This document shows positions 23,135 through 35,200 of a stretch of DNA of 64,000 nt, piece by piece; position 1 is the stretch's first letter; every line of letters begins with the position of its first letter. A program made the position numbers and the translations under genes. Below the pieces are notes generated by a model. That model ran no database searches. It was not told the origin of the DNA and was given only the letters and a program-made list of their open reading frames with translations. Where the stretch lies: contig CATNEN010000007.1 in the NCBI GenBank assembly GCA_950097015.1, positions 7,688,001-7,752,000 of the forward strand, in the 5' to 3' direction. The DNA is from Macrostomum hystrix (lineage: Eukaryota; Animalia; Platyhelminthes).

Positions 23135-25081
23135 TCAAGAGTCCATCAGCAACGGCTGGCTGGGGTCGTCGCTCAATACCACCGGAATCTCGCCTGGATG
23201 GATGACGGCGTCAGCAGAGCCCCCAGCGCTTGTCACTTCAGCGGTGAATTCGTCCTCAGGCGGTGCCGATTCAGGCTCGCGCCACGGCCCGGCCTGCTCC
23301 TCCTTCAGCTCCTGCGTGAGCTCCTCGTCGCTATGCAAATAGTTTCCTAGAGGCCCGCGGGGGTCTCCCTCCATGACTCGGCGCAGCTTTCGCGGGTAAA
23401 GTTCGATTCGGAAGCCGGCCAGGTTGCGGCCCTTGCGCAGGTTGGAGTTGAGGATCTCGCTGAACGGCAGGTCGTCAACATCGGCAGCGTACGGGTCCAT
23501 GAGGATGAAGGCTACCTTGAACCAGCCCAGCACGAACAGCAGCTTCACTAGCGCAAACACTGGCACGTAGAGGTCCGTCCAGTACTGCCGGATATAGGGA
23601 ATCTGGCCGGTCGGCACTCCACCGTCGGCTGTGGTGGCGTTCAACTGGCCGTGCGGCTCCAGCAGGTTCTGCGCCGCCACCACCTCGATGAAGAACCAGG
23701 TGTACACGGCGATAATCACCACCTGAGTGTAGACCAACGGGAGGTTCTTGTTGGCATACTTATTGATGGTGCTTAGCAGGGAGGACCAGTCGCAAAAGGT
23801 CCTCAGCAAGCACTCGTAAGCTTCGTAGGTGCAAATGAAACCCTCAGCAAGAGCCTGTTGAGCCACCGCCACGGCCCAGTGTAGGGGCAGCTCGTACTCT
23901 ATTGAGTAGGGACCGTGCGCCTGCCTCGCTCGCTCCTCGAACACGGCAATCTCACTGGGCGTAATAATCTCGCCGTAATTCTCCTGAATGACGGGATCCT
24001 GGTTAAGCAGCACCAGGTCCTGGATGAGCAGCTCGATCTGCTGCTCACGGATGTCCTCCCGCTCGGAGACGATTCGCTGCAGCGCCGGGTAGAGCCTGCG
24101 GCCGCCGTCAACGCGGAAGTGGCGCATGTCGAAGTTGCTGGAGTTCTCGAGGTGGTCCCGGCTGCGGCGAATCCCCGGCACTGGCGTGGGAGATTCGGCG
24201 GTTGCTTGCGGTCAGGAGCGAGGACGCCAAGAAAGCAATTAGCGATGCATGTACTCACGGTGCGTTGCCGTGAAGCGGTTGGTTTCGCTGATTAGGTTGC
24301 GCAGCATGCGGAATCGTTGCTTGATCTTCTCGCTCACCTTCCACATGTAAAGCAGCCAGGCCAGGTTGAGGTAGCGCGAGATCGTCAGCCGAATCTGTTC
24401 GGCGCGGCGCGGCTGTCCATTGTTGAACACCGTGGCCTCGATGCGAAGCGCCGTGGTGCCCATTGTGGGAATTTCCTGCCGGTGGATGGGTTGCAGCACA
24501 TTAGTTTTCCCCTCTTCTCAATCAGTCCCTTCCTAATCACTCCCTTCCTAATCACTCCCTTCCCAATCACTCCCCTCCCAGTCACTCCCTTCCCAATCAC
24601 TCCCTTCCCAATCACTACCATCCCAATCACCCCAGCCAAAAGTACATTGCGTACTCACTAAATACGCCTTCCACCAGCGATCCACCACGGTGCTGACGTA
24701 GAAGCCCAGCAGGAAGGTGACAGGAAGGTTCGACTGCAGTTCGGCCACGGAGTGCACAAGGCGGGCGAATCGCTGCTGATGCACGTCGGGCAGAGCGTGT
24801 CTGTAGAGCACATTCACTGCGGTGTACAGGCCGGCCCACAGCAGCACATCCGTCCACACCAGGCTGTAGACACTGACCTTCCAGTGCAGCAGGTAACGAA
24901 TCATCAGCGTATAGTTCATCGGCTTCTGCTTGTTGTAGATGAAAGCAAACAGGCGGTGCCGCAGACGCCGGATCTCCTTGTGCGCACCGGCCGGCGTCTG
25001 GGGATCGTCGGCCACCGACTGGCTGTGGCAGCAGCGGCGTCGCAGCCGGGCGCAGATGGACTCGCCGGATGACGGAGCCAT
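23135..25081 (-). CDS. Bestrophin-family anion channel, divergent, ~561 aa, 3 exons
   Basis: Exons 25081-24659, 24475-24259, 24180-23135, with matching phases. Motifs: LLHWKVSVYSLVW, YR..L...QQ.F, LPVTFLLGFYVS.VV.RWW, R.TI.RY.NL, LPLVYTQVV.IAVY.WF, DLYVPVF.L...LF..GWFKVA..L.DPY..D.DD. Confidence 0.9.
24520..24635. repeat. Intronic minisatellite, 15-bp unit ATCACTCCCTTCCCA
   Basis: About 7 tandem copies in bestrophin intron 1. Confidence 0.9.
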
Positions 25082-28000
25082 TGTGCAGAGTTATGACTCA
25101 ACTGTAAGAATCGTCCCACTTACTGCTCCCTGAGAATTCTGCCAATTAAATTCTCCCTTTGCTTTGACTTAACAAGTCGATTTCCAGTTGCGAAAGCTTA
25201 TAAAGCCTTGTAAGTAGCACACTATTTGTTATTGGCTCTGGTTGGCTGATCGAGTGCTTACCATCGACTGAAGTGAGAATAGAAAAGCCAGTGCAGTCAG
25301 GGTTGTCAGCCCAATCTTCTCGTTTACAGACGCGCAACAAATTTGAGTTTGCGTTCAAATAAATTTCTTAAATTACCCCCCGGGCCGAGTGTACAAACAA
25401 TGGTGTACATACAATGGTGTGCATACTATTTCCTCAGCGGAAATTCACCGGTCTATAATAGCCGTAGTCACGTGACCCGTACTTGGCAAACTCTTTTCTC
25501 TTTCCAGATTTGAACAGGCATATCTAATTCCTGTGCTGTGTTTTTGTTTACAGCAGACCCTTTACGTGCATATTAAAATTGTGGCATTTCGCCGCGCCTC
25601 ATGCAGTAATTTTAGTTAGCGTGTGTCATCTTGCAGCAGCTATTAGAGCGCGATGAAATCTGTATAATTTGCAGTGCACTGCAATTCGAAGCCATTGCAT
25701 TTTCTTCTGAAATAAGCTGTCAGTATATCGTTATAATTTCGAGTACTAGCTCCGCTGCACATGCATGTTTTCTGTGTATCATGACTGATCAGTCTATGCA
25801 TGCGTGCATGAAAGCTATAAATACTTTTGCTGTAATTTACTGAATTGAACATTCTGTTGAAATTATTGAAAACAAAAGGAATCTCATAATAATTTGGTGG
25901 TATCTATCATGTTATGTGCCTGCATAACATGCAGTATATACAAAGACAGTAATCATTTTTTGAGAAAAGCTAGCTATTGAATTTTACTGAATGATCAAGA
26001 TAAATTTCTATAACGACTAGATGCCAACGGACTCACAAGAGTACCTACGATACAAAAGATTAAAGACATTGGGGCTTTCATTTGACAAGGAACACGAGTA
26101 GTTAGCAGTCTACTTTAGTCTACTTTAAGTATTCCTTGCATTTGAGACATTAGAAAACATGTGTAAACAGAAACTGCAAAAAATCTGAAAATTTACTTTA
26201 TACTCTTGGACTTTGTATTGAAGTTTATTTGGTCTTACTCATCAGTAGAATGCTACGCCTAATATATTTCAGGCGTAGATACTTGCTTAAAGATTAGCCC
26301 TCTGTATAGACGGAAGATTCTCTTAAAAAAGTGAGTAAGTGCAATACTAAATTCAAGATTTTAATATAACGCGGAAAATCCAGATCGTTGACGTTCAAGG
26401 CAGAATAACAAGTCAACGCCGCTAAAATATTACAGGGTATATAGAAAAAAATTGCTGTTTTATTATTTTTTCTTTGAAGTAAAATTTTTATTTGCTCCAA
26501 ATCTTTCTATGTAAAACAATGTATGAATATTTATCACTTTTACAAATTTGAGAAAAAAGAAATGTCATAACACGATAAATAAAAATGAAACACGTCAACA
26601 TAATTTCACTTCGGCTTTCGGAATTCCTTTTATAACTTTTTTCTGCTTCTGTTATCACATTTATTTTTCACCCTTTTTATAGCTTAGATTTCTTGTGCTA
26701 AATGTATTCAATAGTTTGCAGAAATGTTTTTTAAATTTTTGTTTGTTAAGTTAACTAAGGTTTATTATGTATTATTAAGATTAATAATCACAATAAATTT
26801 TACTTTCCATTTTGAAGTCGTTAACATGCCGTTCCAGTACGCATTAAAAACTAATTAGTTTTTATATATATTATGTTCTTTAAGACCTTATAAAAATCTA
26901 ACAAACCAAATTATATAGCTTCTTCTTTTCAGTTAAAACTTGGTGAAAACCAAACCATACTGACAGTGCTCTAGGTTATAGTGCATCATACTTTTGTAAA
27001 TTACATTTTACTTCGGATTCCTTTGAAAGGCTTTTGAAATACATTCTAAAAATAATAGAAAATCATAGATAAACTATTTAACATTCAGTATATTTGCTTC
27101 ACATTTTGCACAACAATCAATGTAGCACTCCATTATTTATAGGCAATTTTATACACAACACAAAGTGTTTTGCGATTTTAAATAAATTCCCTTGGTCTAC
27201 AAAGTAGTTAGCGAGTTTTTCTCATGAGAATCATCTCGTTACAAAGTTAACAGGCTCGTCTTATTGACTTAACTAAATAGCTAAGCCTATAAAAGCACCT
27301 TAGCTTAGATGGGGATTTAGCTGATGACTCGTATTTTTGTTATTTTGAAAAAGTATGCCTTACCCATATCTTCAAATGGTTTTTGAATGGCATGGCAAAG
27401 AATGGCAAATATTAAAGATACATTATACACTGTCCAATAACCTCACTGATATTTTGTTGTTCTGGGTAAATTTCAGCTTTTTATAATATTTGTCTTCTGG
27501 TGATGCTGCACGCAATGGCTGCCTGACCACTGATCAGTAAGCCAAAATCCAGCAAGTCATGCGCTGGGATCACTGGGCATTGGGGTCGGTGAGGCTAATC
27601 TCTAAGGGCGGTGGTATTAGCCTGCAGAGCCTTTCCTGATACCAGCCACTGCCCCAGATGCTTTTGGCGAGTTGGTGAGGGTGGTGGGTGAGGCCTGGAT
27701 GTCGGGCGTGGCGTTGGGTGCATTGTGCGAAGCTTGCTCACTGGGGTTGCTATCCCCTTCTCTCCCTCTGCTAATCTCACCTAGCCGTCTATTTCGTCCG
27801 CTGATGTGTGAACAAGCTTCCATTTTTGTTTTCGGCTGGGGAGGAAATATCTGTCTCTTCTCCCTTCAGCTAGCTCCGAAAATTTGTCGAGATTTTTTGT
27901 TAGGGTTTTGTACTTTCTGAATTTCAATTCGTCTCCAACTACGAACTGTAGCCTTGACCTGGCCAGCCGCGCTGCCAATGTCAACAAAACCAGCTCACGA

Positions 28001-29039
28001 AACTCAAGGGCACTTCGCGTGTCGCTGTAAAAAATGTCCAAGAAAAATTGTTGGTTAAAATTGGCAAGGAAATTGAAGTTATTTCTCGGCCGGAACAAGT
28101 GGCACGCAAAAGCCCGCCATGAAATGCAATGAAACCGCCCGCCGCGCCCGCAGCTGTCAATCTGGTTGGAAACCGGCCGCTCCCTGGGGAGGAGGGTGTG
28201 GGCGAGCCGGGCAGAGAATAATCCCGCCGTGAGCTGCTGGATTTGGGATAGATTGATTTCGTCTCCATGCTGACCAGGGGGGGTAATTCTGGCGCACTTG
28301 CTCCCTCACTTAGGCCCATGGGTGCCTATGGGGGCTGCAGGGGACAGAAGTGCTGTAGGACGGGGCTGCAACTCTTTTGTACTCGTTAATATTAGTGAAA
28401 TCCCGTGATCCCCTCTTCCAGCGGCGACAGGATGAGTGAGGAGAATGAAAAGGAGGCGGACAGAGACGGGATTGGGAACTCTGGGCGTGCCGGCGGGGCG
28501 GGCTGGGCGGCGTGGGTTTTGCACGCGCCTGCAAAAGCTGCTTTGCTCCGATGTGGCGTCCAGTCTCTCCGCTGCCTCCCCCCTCTGATCTCCCCTTCTG
28601 CTCTGCTCTCCCATCAATCCCAATCTCCACCAACTCCCCTTTGCCTGCCATGCTGTGATCCTTCATCCACCCTGTTGAGCCACGCCCAGACTGCATGAGC
28701 TGGTGCTGGTGCTGCTGCTGATACTCTGCCCAGCCGTTGGTCAATTCAAGCAATTTGATTGCAAGCTTCTCCTGGTTTCCCGGCTATCGCGCGCCCTTCA
28801 AGCATTGTTAGCATTTGCTAGCTCAGCAACTAGGACAAGACTCGCTTCTGTAGCCTTGTGATTTTTTCTTTGTTAAATCCTCAAGTTACTAATCACCGAA
28901 CATTACCCCTTGTCTTACTTGTACTTACCTTATCAACCAGTTTATTGCTTTTTTCATATTCCGATTATTCCTTGCGTTTCAAAATTTATTTCTCTCGTAA
29001 ATTTTTTCTCTTCGATAAAACGACTTTCGCCTTGTTCTC

Positions 29040-30446
29040 TGCCTCCTCCTCCTCCTCCTCTTTCTCCTCCTCCTCCTCCTCCTCCTCTTTCTCCTCCTCC
29101 TCCTCCTCCTCCCTCCTTCTCCTTCTCCACCTCCTCCTACTCCTCTTCCTCCTCCTCCTCCTCCTCTTTTTCCTCTTCCTCCTCCTCCCCTCCTTCTCCT
29201 TCTCCTTCTCCTTCTCCTCCTACTCCTCTTCCTCCTCCTCCTACTCCTCTTCCTCCTCCTCCTCCTCTTTCTCCTCCTCCTCCTCCTCCTCCTCTCCTTC
29301 TCCTCCTCCTCCTCCTTCTCCTTCTCCTCCACCACCTCTTTCTCCTTCTCCTCCTCATCCTCCTCCTCCTCCTCCTTCTCCTCATCCTCTTCCTCCTTCT
29401 CCTTCTCCTCCTCCTCCTCCTCCTCCTTCTCCTTCTCCTTCTCCTTCTCTTCCACCACCTCCTTCTCCTCCTCCTCCTCCTCCTCCTCCTCCTTCTCCTT
29501 CTCCTCCTCCTCCTCCTCCTTCTCCTTCTCCTTCTCCTTCTCTTCCACCACCTCCATCTCCTCCTCCTCCTCCTCCTCCTTCTCTCCTTCTCCTTCTCCT
29601 CCTCCTCCTCCTTTTCTCCTTCTCCTTCTCCTCCTCCTCCACCACCTCCTTCTCCTCCTTCTCCTTCTCCTTCTTTTCTCCTCCACCACCTCCTTCTCCT
29701 TATCCTCCTCCTCCTCCTTCTCCTCCTCCTCTTCCTCCATCTCCTTCTCCTCCTCCTCCTCCTCCTCCTTCTCCTTCTCCTTCTCCTTCTCTTCCACCAC
29801 CTCCTTCTCCTCCTCCTCCTCCTCCTCCTCCTCCTTCTCCTTCTCCTCCTCCTCCTCCTCCTTCTCCTTCTCCTTCTCCTTCTCTTCCACCACCTCCATC
29901 TCCTCCTCCTCCTCCTCCTCCTTCTCTCCTTCTCCTTCTCCTCCTCCTCCTCCTTTTCTCCTTCTCCTTCTCCTCCTCCTCCACCACCTCCTTCTCCTCC
30001 TTCTCCTTCTCCTTCTTTTCTCCTCCACCACCTCCTTCTCCTTATCCTCCTCCTCCTCCTTCTCCTCCTCCTCTTCCTCCATCTCCTTCTCCTCCTCCTC
30101 CTCCTCCTCCTTCTCCTTCTCCTTCTCCTTCTCCTCCTCCTCCACCACCTCCTTCTCCTCCTTCTCCTTCTCCTTCTTTTCTCCTCCACCACCTCCTTCT
30201 CCTTATCCTCCTCCTCCTCCTTCTCCTCCTCCTCTTCCACCACCTCCTTCTCCTCCTCCTCCTCCTCCTCCTCCTCCTTCTCCTTCTCCTCCTCCTCCTC
30301 CTTTTCTCCTTCTCCTTCTCCTCCTCCTCCACCACCTCCTTCTCCTCCTTCTCCTTCTCCTTCTCCTTCTCCTCCACCACCTCCTTCTCCTTATCCTCCT
30401 CCTCCTTCTCCTCCTCCTCCTCCTTCTCCTCCTCCTCTTCCTCCAT
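29040..30446. repeat. ~1.4-kb near-pure homopyrimidine (CCT/CCTTCT)n tract with an internal ~342-bp duplication
   Basis: The sequence is almost only C/T on the + strand. Identical ORF-track peptides start 342 bp apart (29645 and 29987). Confidence 0.95.
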
Positions 30447-31111
30447 CTTACTACCCATTTTTACCAGTTCAATTCCTTAAAAAGGCTATTCAAAAAAGTT
30501 TACATTCTAGATGTTTATCACTGAAAAATATGTATTTAGCCTCAAATAGTTTTCTTCTCAATTTCTCAATGCCATGGAGATGAGCATCACGGACTGAGAA
30601 GCATCTGCTGCGGACTGGTTCCCCACCCCCACCCCGATAGAGTTCGCCTCCGGTCCGAAATCTGGGCCGCTGTGCTCGCCAAATCTGGCAAACTGCTTGA
30701 AGTGCGAGTCCGCAATGTCTGGAGCCTTAGACTGCGGGCTAAGCTCGACCTGAATTTCCAAGCACGGCTGGGTCTTTTAAGCGAGTCCTCATCCCAGCGG
30801 GGACTGCCGTGCGTATTTCAATTCTTCTCGCTTCCCGGCCAGCCCCGGCGGAGGGGGGGTTGGAGGCAGCTCGGATATTATCGGCCCGCCGACTTTCAGC
30901 TCCGCCTTCCTGACGGACACTTTGAATAATTGCTCCGGCTGCCGCAGCAGCAGCGGGGAGAAAAATTAATAGGAGACTAGACTCAGTTTCTTTTTATTAA
31001 AAAACATGATTTTCCAGACTTTTAGCAGCTTTTCGCAGCAACCTCGGATTGCTTTTTACTCTGCAGACCATCAGTCCAGTGGCTCAATTGCTCATTAATG
31101 AGTCCTCTCAT

Positions 31112-31465
31112 TTACTAATGACCTCACTCATTCACCAATGACCTCACTCATTCACCAATGACCTCACTCATTCACCAATGACCTCACTCATTCACCAATG
31201 ACCTCACTCATTCACCAATGACCTCACTCATTCACCAATGACCTCACTCATTCACCAATGACCTCACTCATTCACCAATGACCTCACTCATTCACCAATG
31301 ACCTCACTCATTCACCAATGACCTCACTCATTCACCAATGACCTCACTCATTCACAAATGACCTCACTCATTCACCAATGACCTCACTCATTCACCAATG
31401 ACCTCACTCATTCATCAATGACCTCACTCATTCACCAATGACCTCACTCATTTACTTATGACCTC
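31112..31465. repeat. Minisatellite, 20-bp unit ACCTCACTCATTCACCAATG
   Basis: About 17 near-perfect tandem copies. Confidence 0.95.
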
Positions 31466-31473
31466 AGTCACAC

Positions 31474-31563
31474 ATGGCTTCATTTGTCCATCTATGGCTT
31501 CAGTTGTCCATCTATGGCTTCATTTGTCCATCTATGGCTTCATTTGTCTATCTATGGCTTCAT
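31474..31563. repeat. Minisatellite, 20-bp unit TCTATGGCTTCATTTGTCCA
   Basis: About 4.5 copies adjoining the previous array. Confidence 0.9.
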
Positions 31564-32229
31564 CGTGACCTAATTGATGATAAGGACTATTTATGAAACT
31601 ATCAGTGAATTGATGAAAACATTGGCCCTATTAACATTCAGATAAAGTTAATGTTAAAATCTCTAAGTAATATGCTCCTCGATTGGTTACATTTTATAAC
31701 AACGAAAATTCCCACTTGTGTCTCGAGCTATTTTTAGCTTGACATCATCTTCCCAATCTCAAGCAGCACGTAAACTCAGTCATCTTCTGCACTGTGTACT
31801 CATTGGCACAATGGGAATGACAATGGGCTTGGCCTGGGCCAATTGCCGGCATTGCATGCACTGGTGCCCTAATCCACGGCCCCTCCACCCTCACCCGCCA
31901 TTGGCTGCCTAAGTCGGTTGCGGCGGGCTTATCAGCGCGCTTCGCTGGGCACAAATCATAAGCCCTGGCCAGCCACTCCCACAGCCGCCAGACACGATTG
32001 AAGTGGCAAGACCCAGGCGGCGGGCCCTAGCAACAACAGCCGGGACTGCTCAAGGCAGCACTCTTCGCCCGCCATTTCTCACCCGAAAGTAAATTTATAA
32101 AATTTATTAACTCTTTCAGCTCGCGCCCTCTACTTGACTGAGCAGCAGCAGCAGCAGCAGCTACAGCAGCCGCCGCAGCAGCAGCAGTTGTCGTAGTTCT
32201 TCAGCGGTTCCAGCGCCCAGACTGCGGTG

Positions 32230-35200
32230 ATGACGTCAGACATTGCCAAGCGGCAGCGGACGGTGCCGTCCGCCAAGGCCTACGAGTTCAACTGGCGCCA
32301 GCCGGTGGCCAAGCACCTCATGACCGGCGCCGTGTTCGACAGATACGACGAGGTTCGATTGATTATTGATGATCAATTTGTTCGGAAAATTTCCTCTACG
32401 TCACAATGCGCTCAATTACTTCGTAGCTGAGAGAGCTGGCAGATTGAGCGCTCTATCTACCTGAGCCAAAATTGAGCACTCTATCTACCTGAGCCAAAAT
32501 TGAGCACTCTATCTACCTGAGCCAAAATTGAGCACTCTATCTACCTGAGCCAAAATTGAGCACTCTATCTACCTGAGCCAAAATTGAGCACTCTATCTAC
32601 CTGAGCCAAAATTGAGCACTCTATCTACCTGAGCCAAAATTGAGCACTCTATCTACCTGAGCCAAAATTGAGCACTCTATCTACCTGAGCCAAAATAGAA
32701 CACTCTATATACCTGAGCCAAAATTGAGCACTCAATATACCTGAGCCAAGATTGAGCACTCTATCTACCTGAGCCAAAATTGAGCACTCTATCTACCTGA
32801 GCCAAAATTGAGCACTCTATCTACCTGAGCCAAAATTGAGCACTGTATATACCTGAGCCAAAAATTGAGCACTCAATATACCTGAGCCAAAATTGAGCAC
32901 TCTATCCACCTGAGCCAAAATTGAGCACTCTACCTGAGCCAAAATTGAGCACTCAATATACCTGAGCCAAAATTGAGCACTCTATCTACCTGAGCCAAAA
33001 TTGAGCACTCTATCTACCTGAACCAAAATTGAGCACTCTATCTACCTGAGCCAAAATTGAGCACTCTATCTACCTGAGCCAAAATTGAGCACTCAATATA
33101 CCTGAGCCAAGATTGAGCACTCTATATACCTGAGCCAAAATTGAGCATTATAGATACCCGAGTCAAAATTGAGCACTCAATATACCTGAGCCAAAATTGA
33201 GCACTCTATCCACCTGAGCCAAATTGAGCACTCTATATACCTAAGCCAAAATTGAGCACTCAATATACACTGACAACTCGACCCGCCCTTCTTCACGCAG
33301 TACAATGGCTCACTGGAGCTCGGCTGCGAGGCCAAAGTGGACGAATTCGGCTTCTTTATCTACTGGAAAAGCGAGAATGGGGTGAGATTTGTGTAAAATG
33401 TTGTTTCTACATCTTCTGAAGCTTGTCTGATTGGCCATTGTTTAGTCAAATATCGATGTGAACTATGTCGCAGTTCAAAAAACGAATGGCATTCATTAGG
33501 CTACAAATTGCTGGGGAAGGCCGCAACAATGATTGGACTGCAGCGGCCCAGGGCTAGCAACACACAGGCCCTACAGTGCGCTGCGCCAAGGCGCAGAAAT
33601 TGCTTCTCATCTAGAGTCCAAAACAGAATTCTCTATCGCGCGTGAAGCTGATTACAGATTAGAAAAGAAATATGAGAAAAAACGTTCGCAAAACAGTATA
33701 CTTAGAGCACCCGAGCTTTTCGGCATTTTCGAATTCCATCAATACCACAGTCCTGTTCGCTGCCTAAAAGCTATTGGGCGTGGCAGCCTCGCAGTCGATA
33801 TTTCCGATGGTGTGTTTTTTCTTTGGGTGGCGGTGGGCAAGTGGAGAAGCCGCTGCGTGTTCGATCTTGTCTTTTGTCATTCTCCTTTTGCCAGTATTTG
33901 ATTTCATACATTCATCCGAGCTCTCCCTTCATGATTTTGAGAAGTGCTTGAGTGGGTTTGCTTAGTCCCCTATGCGCTCCAAGCGATAATCTATTTTTAG
34001 ACTTGTGAGTGACAGCAGTCTATTTTTAGACTAGTCAGTGACGCTAGTCTATTTTTAGACTAGTCAGTGACGCTAGTCTATTTTTAGACTAGTCAGTGAC
34101 GCTAGTCTATTTTTAGACTAGTCAGTGACGCTAGTCTATTTTTAGACTAGTCAGTGACGCTAGTCTATTTTTAGACTAGTCAGTGACGCTAGTCTATTTT
34201 TAGACTAGTCAGTGACGCTAGTCTTTTTTTTGACTAGTCAGTGACGGTAGTCTTTTTTTAGACAAGTCAGTGACGCCAGTCTATTTTTAGACACGCTGTC
34301 AAGTGACCTTAGAAATTCCCCTATCTACTGTGAAAATAGACTTTAAGTTTCAAAGTTTCATTGTCAGCTTGCATCATCTTTGACACTGTTAAGATACGGG
34401 TGACGATGTGATGACAACAGGCTGAAAAAGAGGCGAGAAAGAAGGAAATGTGAAACCGTGCAAAATGCTCGAACACACGTCCCCAGAAGATAAATCAATG
34501 TGCTGCCCTGTGACAGGAGGCCGCGAGAATCTCTGCGATTGAGCAGGGTATCGTGACTAGGACTCGAACTGGTCCTCCACGCCTCGCCATGTTCTCGCCG
34601 CATCGCCGCAGCCTGGAACGGATCAAATTAGGGAAGCCGGACCTTTCACCGTTTATGCTGGGACGCGCGCATCGCGAAACAAGCGAGCCGGGATGCGATC
34701 ATCGATCGCTAAAACTAGAAAAGGGGCTGCTGAGAGCAGGAGAGAAGCACGGGACACACGAACTGGGTGGAATTTCGGGGCAACAATCAATGCCTAGCCC
34801 CTGTCTGGACTAAAGTGCAGGCCTTCAATTGCTCGGAGACCCGCCGATTAGATTGTAATCTCATGCGGCCTCATAGCTCGGAGGCTGGCTCGTGTTTTTT
34901 GTCACAGTTATCTCCGCCATGGCCAACTGCTTCCGCCTTGTCTGTCTTTTATCTGCCTCCTTATTTTTTGCCTGAAATTTATGCGCCCTAATCCCGCTGC
35001 TCACTTCCCGCAGGAGGGCCAGGTGCTGGAGCTGTCTCAGGTCAGCGACGTCAGGACTGGTACCCGGCCGAAGGTGAGAAATGAGCAATATTTTTCAACG
35101 ACATCCGCGTTTTGAGTTTTCTAATCCTCAATTAGAAAAGGGGGCGGCTGTTTACTCAAAGCTGAGGGGGCCGAATCCGCACGGAGTGCCCAGCTGACTG

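Noticed and set aside
27595-28753. Cluster of short ORFs in a GC-rich island
   Set aside because: No recognisable motifs or consistent exon chain. More likely regulatory or UTR sequence upstream of PLC.
28858-30583. Long Pro/Leu/Ser- or Glu/Arg-rich ORFs (extensin-like)
   Set aside because: They are stop-free only because the tract is (CCT)n. They are open in multiple frames on both strands, with no domain or splice context.
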